Source of the DNA: Balanoglossus misakiensis
Lineage: Eukaryota > Animalia > Hemichordata
Assembly (NCBI GenBank): GCA_040954595.2
Contig: CM082587.2
Location: 4,822,106 to 4,886,105, forward strand
Direction: 5' to 3'
DNA: 64,000 bases
How positions within the stretch are numbered: position 1 is the first letter of the stretch; every line of letters begins with the position of its first letter. A program made the position numbers and the translations under genes. Positions 1 to 11,356 of this stretch are shown in pieces. Below the pieces are notes generated by a model. It made no database searches. It saw nothing but the letters and a program-made list of their open reading frames with translations, and was not told the DNA's origin.

Positions 1-55
1 GTCACTTTGCGATGAGTTGACGGGCGGAGGAGATGGTCGTCATGGTGACTACACG
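1..55 (+). CDS. KDM8: KDM8 internal exon (partial), [18 protein letters not shown]
   Basis: Open frame 2..55 followed by GTAAG donor at 56; phase 0 matches the next exon. Confidence 0.75.
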
Positions 56-2364
56 GTAAGGTAAACGACAAGATGTCTCCACGGAAACCTTTTTACATGG
101 GACATTCCATTATAAGGAAGGGATTATACAGGGGGGGGGGGGGCTTCCACGGAAACCTCTTTACAAGGGTCATTCCATTATGGGGAAGGGAGTATCCAAA
201 TTGTCGGGGGGGGGGGGGGGGCTTGAACGTCGGATTTGATTATGCATTTATTATCAACACTATCACGCAGCAGAAATCATTAATGAACATGTTCTGACTA
301 ACTCAGAGAGAGAGAGAGAGGATTGAAAAATAACCATCAATACTTTCAATCCCTCAGGAGGCGATCAAAACCTGTGATATGGGGTTATTGATGGGAGCAC
401 CCATACTGGATAATATTCTTAGTCGCCTGGCAACAGCCATCCAAGGTCAGCAAGAAGAATTGCTTAACAGTAAGAGAAAAGAACGACATAGTCAAGCAAC
501 AGAGGAGGTGAAGAGAAGGAAAGTGGATGATCATACCCCGAACATCGACGAACACAGAAAAATAGTTCACGCTGTGTACCCATCTCTGGAGTGTTTCCTA
601 TCAGACTACATGCAGACCAAGACACCAGTTGTTATTCAAAGGGGGATGGAGCACTGGCCAGCTATGACCAGCAGACGATGGAGGTGAGGGATTCCCTCTG
701 TGTTTTCTCTCCGTAATTTTTCTACTTGGACCAGTTTATGACCTGGAATGTTGGCTATTGCAATGCTCAGACTTATACCTCTTGGTTCCATTTTCCCCCA
801 ACAGTATCGACTATCTCCATCAAATTGCCGGCAGCAGAACTGTCCCCATAGAGATCGGTGCCAGGTACACGGATGAAGGCTGGTCTCAAGCACTCATGAC
901 TGTGTCTCAGTTTATTGATAAATACATCAACTATGAAGTGAGTGATTTATATTTTGTATAAAGAATTCATTGGTCTAAATCAACTGTATGTTCCTCCACA
1001 GTTTATCCCAAAAGTTAGCGCTACTGTTTATTGAATTAAAAAATTGTATTGCTGTAATTTCAGAAAGGTGATGGTGATGACGTTGGATACTTGGCTCAGC
1101 ATCAGTTGTTTGACCAGGTGAGTGAGATTAGAACAGAAGTCGGGATTGTAGATATAAATTAAGTACACACACAGACCGAGCAGTGATGGTATATTATGGA
1201 GAGTTATGTACTTGTAGGCCCTGGGAATGTTCAAAGCCTTCTGGCCATAGCAGCTTTTAATTGTCAATCACATGTATTTCTCAGATTCCCGAATTGAAAA
1301 AGGACATCTGCATCCCTGACTACTGTTGCCTTGGCAACGATGATGAGGATGTTGACATCAATGCTTGGTTCGGCCCCAGAGGGACGGTGTCCCCTCTCCA
1401 CCAAGACCCCAAGCACAACTGCCTGGCCCAAGTCGTCGGCAGCAAATACATCCGGCTGTACTCAGAAGACGACAGTGCCATGGTTTACCCGCACGAGGGA
1501 CATCTCTTGAACAATACTAGTCAGGTAAGCGTGGGGTATTTGTTCCTTGCCTGTGTGTGTATGTGTGTCACTATTTAGCTAGTGTATCATCACAGGCAGA
1601 TTCTTGTTCTGTGAACCAAAGTGACGGTGAGTGCAGGCAGTGTGAAATGCGCCCTCACAGGACTGAAGAATCGGCTTTTCATAGTCTCCCTTTCGGTCAA
1701 ATCCACTGACCATGTTGATGGAACACAAGCTCAAGGTTCCACAGTTATTTGTTCTCCGAGAAAAGCCTGGAATTTGAACCACTGCTGTGAAGCCCTTGAG
1801 AGGTGTGGGAAAATGAAACACTCTCCCGGAACATCCTGGACTTGTTGATTTAGTCCCTGGAAAAAGTCCCTGTCAAGTCCTTGAATAACTGTGCGGACTG
1901 AAATCCAAGTTCAAATTCATGGAAGGGTGTAACCAAACAATAACTTTCAGCCTTGTGCGATAGATTTAGCACATTAGTCAACAAGCATTGCAAAGTAGCT
2001 ATAAATAAAGTCACTCAGTCATATTTTTTGTTTTATGACGGGTATCTCAATTCAGAGGTCACCACGTATTCTTATTCTGTGTCAGATCCTTAAATGCCAC
2101 AGGCCTGACAATGTAAACAGACGAATACATATATAGCTGCTAAATTTGGCCGGCATATTTAATAAACACAGCGCATCTCTTTTATTGCAGGTCGACGTCG
2201 AAAATCCGGACTTGGAAAAATTCCCACGATTTGCCCAAGCTCCATATGGAGAATGTATTCTGAGACCAGGAGAGATTCTCTACATTCCTCCAAAGTGTTG
2301 GCACTATGTGAGATCCTTAGAAGTAAGTTTTTCTGTCAGTTTCTGGTGGAATTCGAGCCTGTGA
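1..2364 (+). CDS. KDM8: KDM8/JMJD5 JmjC-domain hydroxylase, 5'-truncated spliced gene: join(<1..55,358..683,805..937,1064..1117,1285..1524,2191..2364)
   Basis: All introns are GT..AG with consistent phases. The spliced product has KDM8 hallmarks: [70 protein letters not shown] (HxD), [19 protein letters not shown]. Confidence 0.96.
76..221 (+). repeat. Imperfect ~70-bp tandem duplication, each copy ending in a poly-G run (KDM8 intron)
   Basis: tccacggaaacct..ttaca.ggg.cattccattat..ggaaggga.tat..G(n) occurs twice. Confidence 0.85.
358..683 (+). CDS. KDM8: KDM8 exon [15 protein letters not shown]...[10 protein letters not shown]
   Basis: ccctcag acceptor, GTGAGG donor at 684, conserved DMGLLMG and HWPA motifs. 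Confidence 0.93.
805..937 (+). CDS. KDM8: KDM8 exon (S)[18 protein letters not shown]...YINYE
   Basis: Pyrimidine tract plus acag acceptor, GTGAGT donor at 938. Confidence 0.95.
1064..1117 (+). CDS. KDM8: KDM8 54-nt exon [18 protein letters not shown]
   Basis: tttcag acceptor, GTGAGT donor, conserved YLAQH motif; missed by the ORF track. Confidence 0.93.
1285..1524 (+). CDS. KDM8: KDM8 JmjC exon IPELKKDI...HQD...NNTSQ
   Basis: tctcag acceptor, GTAAGC donor, Fe-binding HxD motif. Confidence 0.96.
2191..2364 (+). CDS. KDM8: KDM8 last coding exon VDVENPD...WHYVRSL...SFWWNSSL*
   Basis: ttattgcag acceptor, third Fe ligand His in WHYV, TGA stop at 2362-2364. Confidence 0.96.
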   Translation, partial: VDVENPDLEKFPRFAQAPYGECILRPGEILYIPPKCWHYVRSLEVSFSVSFWWNSSL

Positions 2365-2375
2365 CGGTGCAAAGG

Positions 2376-2389
2376 GCGCCCTCTGCAGG
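2376..2389 (-). promoter_or_regulatory. CTCF-like motif
   Basis: The minus strand reads CCTGCAGAGGGCGC, close to the CCASYAGRKGGCRS core. Confidence 0.4.
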
Positions 2390-3956
2390 GCATCCGGCAG
2401 TTGGGGACTGGCATTCCCAGATTGGGAGAGATGATGACGGACATCTCGGTAACACATGGCGTGAAGCTGGGTTTGGATCCTGATCAGATAAACCACATTT
2501 GTGGTTTCCAGAAAGCAATGAACCTGGACATTTGTGTCAGTTAGTAAGGAATGTCCGTTCCCCCCAAAAAATGTGGGATCATAAATTGAACCTGATGTCT
2601 GCCCGGCTCTTGTTTATCCCGAGGTGGCAGATCTGATCAGATAAGGAATCTGGTACAATGTGCAGAGTGTGAGAACAAGTTATTCTGAAATGGACCACAT
2701 CAAAACTCAGTTGTCTCAGCTGTGGCACCAATAGGATGTCAGGCTGAATCAAACTCTCGGGAAATCATTTATCGATGAAGAGATAACCTTCTGATTCGTC
2801 ATCTTGAATGAAGCTGATGAATTCAGACCTTCCACCCCTTTTACACAAGGTGTGCGTCATTGGGACGAGCTACACAGAGGGCCATGAACTCGTGATATTT
2901 ATATGCTTGTTCGGAAGTTGACTGCCAAGGGCCACCAAGAGAGATATATCACCACTTTGCTTGGGTTTCAATGGCAACTGTGCCAGCCTGTCAGTTATCA
3001 AGTGATTCAGGAAGGAAATGACTCGAAGGGAGAGCTATTTGTTCCCGATGATGGAATGCTCCAATTCTGGAAATGCTCCACTTCGATGATGATCCCCGCA
3101 GATTTTACGACTCCGTAATAGCGAAGCCCTGTTTGACAGAAAACGTGTAATTAACACAAATTTGGGACATCGCTACTGTTCAACAACACATCCCCTTTTG
3201 GGCTTTTATTGACTGTCAGCTTCGCTCTATTATAAACTGACAATTAAGAGATTTACAAGTCAGCAGTCGGGCCTACCGCAGATGATGAGCGACACGGTCT
3301 ACTTATGAGCTCGTAGGGCCAAGACATCACCATTCACTGGTGTTGTCTGCGTCATGATCGCGGTTTTTGTTTGTTTTTCTTGAAGAATTTACAGCAATAC
3401 TTTTGTTTTGGACATTTGGCACGTATTGTTGCCAGAAAAAAATCCCATCTTATAAATGATACAAACAGACAGGCAGGCAGGTGATACGTACGCAAACGAA
3501 GTCTCTGCCAGAAATGGATTTTTGGAAAGATTATCGTTTTGCCCTCCACGGATTGGGTTACATTTGCCAAAGGGTGTTTTTTTATATCACCACTCACATT
3601 TTTTACCGTAAAAGTGTCTCTCAAGATTTTACAAATAATAAATTGGGATGTTTCATTGGGTCACCCGGGTCATAGGTTGTGACATTGCTGTGGTGGGGGA
3701 TGGGACCAGACAACTCGTTATCTGATTTATTGGGCCCGAGGTTGGCGTGACGTCAGGTATAAACATTTGCATAACTGGTACATGTATATAATTGATTGCC
3801 CGTGACATCTTGTGAAAGTCTCTTGCGCACACGGGTCATCCACTGGCAAGCGCAGGCAAACGAACCGAATTAATTTAATTAAACCAGGTCATGATGAGTT
3901 ATTAGTACCGTTGTTCGAGAAGTCGCATACTGGGCGATTTTGTTTTTGGCCTGAAA

Positions 3957-3970
3957 GCGCCCTCTGTAGG
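3957..3970 (-). promoter_or_regulatory. CTCF-like motif
   Basis: The minus strand reads CCTACAGAGGGCGC, 13/14 identical to the 2376 site. Confidence 0.35.
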
Positions 3971-5931
3971 TCCATATCGACCAGCAGGCAGTAGCGGAGA
4001 TGATGAATTATAGCCAGTAGTGTGTGTTATCACTCGTAATTTTTACGATTATGGTCAGAGTGTCTTGGAAGTATCCTGTTGAATGTCCTTGACCTGTAAG
4101 TGTTTGGTATTGACCCTGATATTTACAAGCAGTGCGTTAGTTGTTCTGGAAGTATAAGTTAGTCTCTGACAAGAATGTTGTACTTTTTGAAACTTTTTGT
4201 GATCACATCACACATGATGCATCAAACTGACGTCGCCGCACAATGAGTTGTGCACAGCAGTGTAAATCGATTCCTGAGCAGTTTTGATATTTCAATCAAA
4301 TGCCCGCATTGGGATAATTTTCTTCGAACAACGTTGTGTTGAAATCATAGATATCAGCTAGTAGACTGCCCGGCCAGACATAGTACAACACGGTGTAGAT
4401 TAGAAGCAGCAGGCTCTCAGATGTATTATTTTCTAGGTCAGTGGACAAGTTTTGGATTACATGTAAAACTGTAATTTCCATACACTAATCGCCATAACTT
4501 TTACATTAACATTCGGTGTGATTGTTTCCCCCGTGATCAGAACGTTCACCCCAGTGTGTACGGGTTCAAAGCACTTTTTACTGCAGACGATAGCCAAGGT
4601 GTTGACCAGATCTGGGAACAACGATCATTTCTGCTGTTACATGTAGTTCTATTCAAAATAATGCGACAGGTCGACACAAACGTTGGTCTGTTCCGCCAGG
4701 CCAACTTCGCAATACCGAACCCCGTTTGCGTTACACTACGCGAAGAACAAAATAACCTTATTTGTTTTTGACATGTAGTATACATATGTAGTTCCCCATG
4801 TGTTTGAAAACATTCGTCAATTTTTGTAAACATGTCGACCCACTTTCATCAGACCCACTTCTCAGATTGATGTTAAGTTAGGCTGACATTTTCGTCTCCG
4901 TCAAATGCGATAAATGGTGCAATTTTCACACCCAACTTTCACTGGCCGAGTCAAAAGTGGATACTAGTAGTTATTGTTCCAGGAATGAAACGTGTGAGGT
5001 CCAGGTGATAATTTACCCTTCGCTAATTAATTCAGTTTCTTGCCATCAAACTCGCAACCCGCTGCCAAGTCCTTAGCGCCAACTTAGGCATATTCGGGGC
5101 ACGCATGTTTCTCCGCAGACATCACTGTGACCATATGCTCAGTTATCGCCTATAGTAATATTTATCCTGGAAGAATGTTTACAACAGGGTGGAATCGCCA
5201 AGATCGTGTTTCTTCCACCCGACCGCGTTTTTGAGGTGAAATTATAATTCATGCATGCGCTGTGAATTCCGGAGAAAAGCTTGCATGTTTTTTGTGCACG
5301 TCGGTCTTAATTACGCGTGTGTGATGCTTGGATTGGGACAATTGCGCGAGTCCTGCACATGCCAAAGGTGGAGTGCAGAATCAATGAGTATATACGTGTC
5401 GTGGATTGTACATTTAGATAAATTACAGGCACACACAGGCACGGGTGCATATGCAACGGCCTCCCATTAATTTATGACGATTTAAAACGTCCCGAGGAAA
5501 ATATACGTCGTCAACCACCGCCGCCGAAAAGACCAAAAAGGTCTGCCGATATAACCGTTCGTTTAACTGCAAACTAACAAATCTAAGCGCGGTGCCAACA
5601 ACGCCCTGTCTCTTTAACGTCAAAAATACAGGTGATAGGCTTTTCAACGCCACCAAACTGTGTTCGGTGTTTATTTACTCAGTACACTGATTGCATTGCA
5701 ACGCCACACACTCTCAACAAATTGGGCAATAAGAAAAGCAGAGGGCAGATAATAAAAACGGGGATTTGACAGAAATTGCCTGATCCTTCCATCCCTGCAT
5801 GCGATCATACCATATTACGCTGTAAACTTGTTTGACGTGTGGCTTCAAAGTCTACTTTATCCCTCCTTCCCCACTATACGAACAAGTAAAGTTGAACTCC
5901 TTTCAACATGATCTGCCTAAAGTAGTATACG

Positions 5932-6033
5932 CCACGTCTCTGTGTGTCTGTATCTGTTTCTGTCTATCTATCTCTCTCTCTGTCACTCTGCCCATCTCTC
6001 TCTGTATGTCTCTCTCTGTCTCTCTGTGTCTCT
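5932..6033. repeat. TC/TG-rich degenerate microsatellite
   Basis: tctctgtgtgtctgtatctg...tctctctctgtc. Confidence 0.8.
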
Positions 6034-6597
6034 CAGCAACTACATGTATACCCGGCTTTTTCTTAAACACCATTATTTTTAAATTATCAAACAAATTCGC
6101 GTTTTATCTTAATTTACTAAAGTGCAACTGTGAGAGATGTATTTTCCGTTAGCTTGAGAAATACCCCGAACTCATCTGATTACAAGACGCTCTAGGAATA
6201 GATTAAACTGTCACCTTAAAAGGGGGCTGGGTGCTATGAATGCTGAACACGTACCACCACACAGGAAATACAACCACGCAAGTAACAGGCTAGGCACTTG
6301 TTTTGATATCTGAAAGTATCTCGTTGTCGGCTACGTCTCCCTGATATCTGTGGCTGAAACCTAACCTGGAACATGCCACCATACTCGGTACGGTCTAACG
6401 CCAACTGAATGAGCTCTCTAAAAGTGATCTGTGCGCGGTGCCAGTATATGCACCGAGGTGACATGCACGGTTCGCGTTTGAAATAAGTGAGGATGCCTCG
6501 AGTGTCGCCGGTATTACCGAGAAATATTTACACGCTCTTACTTTACTAATTAACATCGTGTCTGTCTTTCTCTCTCTCGTTATCTCTCTGTCTCTCC

Positions 6598-6702
<105 letters not shown>

Positions 6703-8802
6703 AAGCATATCATTTAGCGTGTATGCCGATTCTATTCAATACACATATTTGAGGTCATGATTGACAGAGCGTTTCAAAATATTTGCTTATTTAATCGCAA
6801 GGCTACTGTATGTTGAATTGGCAGAACCGTTTGGCATTGGGTGCAATAAATATGGGCTAATTAGAGAAAAGTTAATACTGTTTTCCGTGGTGTCTGTTCA
6901 TGGGAACGGAATGCTGAGCAGAGAGACACGCGGTTTGATCAAAATGAACCCGCAAACCCCGGCGTCGCTCTCGCTGCCTCCCCTGCCCTTGTCGGTGAAC
7001 ATGTAGACAAAACAAACCGTTCCCCCTCCTCGCAAATTCTTCTTTTTATCGCGGGAGCGGGTTTAATTGATGACACCTGGTTTCTGTACCGTTTGAGTGT
7101 GACAAACGACGACCAGGCATGTTTCGCTCCTCGGCTGACACTGAAATAAAACAGCGAGTCGGTATAAGGAGGACAGAGAACGGCGGCTGGATTCACACAC
7201 ATTCTCCTCTTAACTTCTCTCCCTATTTTCTCTAAACTTTCCCACCGCGGTATATATACATGTACGACGCGTAGAAAAGCTTTTAGGGCGCTCCAAGTCA
7301 CAAACATGGCCATACAACAATTTATGTCATCCACGCGAGGTGAATACAGAATTCGAAAGCATATCGCCGTGGATGCCCGGAAGCGGGCACTTTTAATGAA
7401 CTGTTTCTAACAACCTCGATATTTTTTATGAACTGTACTATCATTCACTTGAGAAAACAAATAACCCGTTCCAAACTAGCACAGCGTAGTCTTCGTGATA
7501 TATCGTTGCTTCAGCGGTTAAAGATCGACTTCATCCTCACTTTCAATGATTTCTGATTCTGTTAAATGGAAAATTTGAAGAACCTTTCGAACGCGGTGAA
7601 CTCGCGGTACTGCGGCCCCGTGAATCCGACCAAACATGAATTTGTTTTCTTCAAACGTCTTGTTATCTTTCGCTAGATTTACTTCACTGTCTGGTAGGAG
7701 GCATCGCTCTGCCAGGACACTGTATCCCAGTTTATTGTGACAGGTAATAAAAGTCACATAAAGGGACGATTTCTCATCCGGGCAGATGTGGCCACGGACA
7801 ATGAAACGCCAATCAACACGTGGTCTTCCGATACCAAGGCCAATAGAACGACATTCGTTGCTCAGTCCATGACCTTTGGGGGCAGAGAACATTTACATCT
7901 TCGTCGATTTCTCACTACTCGTCGTAATTTCACGCAAACCACATACACTATGTACTTTTTTACTCTATTGGGGTAGAACATAATAAAACTGCGGCGTCAG
8001 ACTTTTAAACCGACATAATTTCGAAGGTAGCCTGTAAAAACTGATTGCCTTTTATTTGTGGGGGAATTGTTTCGTTTACTAAAAAATCGTTTTATTGGGT
8101 TGTGGCAAGCAGGTCCAGCTGAGTGGTAACCATGTAAACTGATACCCGCTGAAGCAAAAATATCCCCCTCTCCCTGGCCATCCTCGCTTATACCCTCCTC
8201 ATCAATGTGACATCCGGGTCCGGTCACATAGCAAGCTCGCTGGCCCAGGCATAAACTGGAGAGGACACCGTACCTGGCATAGACCAAGATTTCATCAAAA
8301 CTCTCCATTCTCCCTCGAGTGAAAAAAGAGAGGAATCGCCGCAGACGAATTTCCGCCAGCCATACTCCATCAACCGACCGAATGCTCGACTGTAACTCTT
8401 CAGCCGGCAGTAAAACAGTACATTTCAATAACACAATGCAATAATATGAAAACGCGATACCTAGTACCTTGGGGTACGGTCCGTCGATTAATCATGTCCA
8501 CCACTTCAACTTTGCGCGTCCCCATTCTTGTCTTCACACTTCACCATGTGCGAATTTGAGCGCGTTGACGGACCGGCCTTCGCTCTGAAAACATTTCGCT
8601 GATGATGAATGTCCGAATAATTGCGAGGAAAGCATCCATTCGTCTTCGCCCTTCTGTTTCACGTACAGCCGACAGCTCACCCGACGCAAAGTGCTCGTTG
8701 ATATAAAGGCCGTGCACTTTTCCGTTTCAACACATAAATATAAACATAACTGTGATTGTACATGTACCACAAATCAATTATTACACGTTTTTTTGTGCTG
8801 TA

Positions 8803-8937
8803 GTGTATGTCTGTCTGTCTGTCTGCATGTATGTGTCTGTATTGTGTGTGTGTATGTATTGTGTATGTATCTTGTATATGTATTGTATGTGCACGTTTGT
8901 GTACTCTGTGTTTGTATATTGTATGCATGTATGTATG
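8803..8937. repeat. TG/TGTA-rich low-complexity repeat
   Basis: gtgtatgtctgtctgtct...gtatgtatg; source of spurious Cys/Val/Tyr-rich ORFs. Confidence 0.85.
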
Positions 8938-9724
8938 AAATCATGCATCTATAGCTTGCTGTCTAGTTATTTGCTATAGCTTTATATTGAAAGTGACAGA
9001 AGAATATTCAATTGTCCGAATCATACCTGTATGCATGGGGCAGGGGAGGTGTACCAATCTTTAAAATGAGAGATCAGTTGTTCATCGTCTCTACAAGTAC
9101 ATGTGTAACATTTTAACCCCATCGATTGAGATGTCATCGAACATGAAAACATGGTTATCGAATGTCACAGCCCCGACACAAGAAAACATGTTACAATATC
9201 GACCTTTCGCGATGTTTACACTTTCCTCGATCGCGCCACATGGTGTCTGTACTGTCACACACGGCTAATTTTACAAAATTCAGTCTAATTAGATGTTAAG
9301 CATGGGAACTGCTTGTAGACACACAGTTCGCATACCTACCAGCTTCGATGAGGAGGTAAAGTGGAAATCAATCGAGTGGAAACACCTTTTTGGACAAATG
9401 CCCAACTTCTCACCCACGGGGACTGCGGGACAAAAACGTGATATTGATAACTGTTGTTGTTCTGTTCGAAACTTGTCTTAACTCCAATTTTATCATTCTG
9501 TCTGCTTTACTACCGGGAAACGTGGTTTTCATTTATCACAATTTCATTCCTTGCTCCATAGGCTTCGTCAAATGTTGAACATCATAGTAGTATTTGTTGT
9601 TATTATTTATTTATTTATTGAAAATGTACTGTTCCATATCATTGTCACAAATGCATTACCAATGTACTGCTGAAAATGTTGAAATCAGCTGATTGTGACA
9701 ATTTCAAATGTAAAACTTCTGGTA

Positions 9725-9751
9725 GATGATGATGATAACTCAGATGATGAC

Positions 9752-9793
<42 letters not shown>

Positions 9794-9805
9794 GAAGATG
9801 ATGAT
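9725..9805. repeat. (GAT)n microsatellite
   Basis: gatgatgat run; gives spurious poly-M and poly-H ORFs. Confidence 0.95.
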
Positions 9806-10486
9806 ACACACCCACCAACTTCCATTGCCAAATGACGTGTCCCGTCCGCGCCCAACTCCCAACCACCATACCAGATTTCTACACACCGCGCATTCTGTTT
9901 TAACTTAACGCACGTACGCCCGCGATCACTCTCTCATTTAGCCGGGGTACCGATAGAATTTGGACCGTTTATCGGACCACCTAGGGAGATCGCGCCCGTG
10001 CCTGGCTCACCGCAATCGGATGCACACAAGCCCCCGCCCGCATTCATGGTGTTTAAAAAACTCCGTCAGGAAATCGTTCCAGTCCGGTTTCCGTCACTTG
10101 TAACACATTCTGCTACCGCAGAGAGTTAATCAAAGCGAATCAAACTCAAACATGTGCACCGATATCTACAGATAATAAATATGTAACGACAAACACATCG
10201 TCCATATAACACAGTTTAGTCCAAAAGAGTCGTGCTGTAAATCACCATCATAACGGAAATGCCAAACATGACGGATAATTACGACAAAAACCGTGACGAA
10301 TGATCAACACAACATACCGTCAACTTGGACTTCAAAGAACACAAGCTCGGTTAACGTTTAATTTAACTACATAGCAGATCGTGTATACATTTTCCTGCTG
10401 TGATTATCAACATTTTCTTTTTTCTACTCCCGACACCATTTTGCAAAAGCAATACCCACCACACCGCTTGTCGACCATAGACAGTA

Positions 10487-10530
10487 GATGGATGGATGGA
10501 TGGATGGATGGATGGATGTACGGACGGATG
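10487..10530. repeat. (GGAT)n microsatellite
   Basis: gatggatggatgga... Confidence 0.9.
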
Positions 10531-10688
10531 TACCTTTAGTTAGTCGGTGAAGACTTCTAAGGGAAATCTGTGTACAGACACCTTGTAGGTAAAGAGTAGG
10601 TAACACGATCTGGATCGACAGCCTGGTTGTTTGGTTGGAATTATGAGAACCAAGTCTAGTAGAAGATTTTCAAGCAAGAATTAGGGAG

Positions 10689-11356
10689 ATTGGGAGAGTG
10701 ATTGGCGGACGGGCGGCTCGATATAGATTGTATCTTGCCAACGGTCACAGTGGTTCATTGGTTCCGAAAACAACTTGTTACCCGGTTATACGTTTTAGGT
10801 TACCCCATCCAGAAAACCTGACTTGTGAGAAGACGTGTCATTGCGTAGACTGATCTAAAATTCTTTTCATATCCAAATGCGCAGGGAAACAGGATTAAAG
10901 TTCGCAAAAAATGTACACTGACCGTGCGCATGCGGATCGTCTCCTTTGTAGGACACGGCAGGGCGTTCAACCCTGTCGTTAAACGACAGCTGCCAGAATG
11001 ATCAAAATATACGAGCTCATCAAAACACGAAATACGACAGAAAAACAAACAGTGGCTTCCAAGTGCCAATTCCAATTATGAGGCAGTGGTTTTTGCTTAG
11101 TCACTGCCAAGCGGTGTCTGTGATGGTCCGCCCCGCCGGTTGGTGTTCGCCGACAGATTGGCCAAACATCCCTCGCCCTGGTTTGGCCTTCTCGCGCACA
11201 AGGTCCCCACTGCTGCCGGGTTATTTCGGTGAAAGTCGCCGCGTGGTATCTTTCTCTTTTGAAAAGCGGTTGAAATATTCGCTTTCGTAGGACCTATCGA
11301 CATGAAATTGGCTGTGATTGGTCCCAGCCTACGGGCAAGCGGCGTACGTGACGTCA
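10689..11356. promoter_or_regulatory. Promoter-like motif cluster (CCAAT boxes, GC box, CRE)
   Basis: ATTGG at 10689, 10701, 10757, 11307, 11317; GGGCGG at 10711; TGACGTCA at 11349. Confidence 0.35.

Noticed and set aside
2903-3118. LVRKLTAKGHQ, resembling a post-RT PLE segment
   Set aside because: Similarity is limited to a few residues with an in-frame stop just upstream; probably KDM8 3'UTR or intergenic DNA.
4296-4481. ORF with WP...FEENYPN, faintly like a Harbinger/DDE_Tnp_4 transposase
   Set aside because: The spacing is off and the expected IIDCTE and downstream motifs are not recoverable.
7518-8434. Two minus-strand ORFs of 124 and 145 aa
   Set aside because: No recognisable domain, non-ATG starts and no consistent splice chain; the lengths are compatible with chance.
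9645-9908. Poly-His and poly-Met ORFs
   Set aside because: Translations of the (GAT)n microsatellite.
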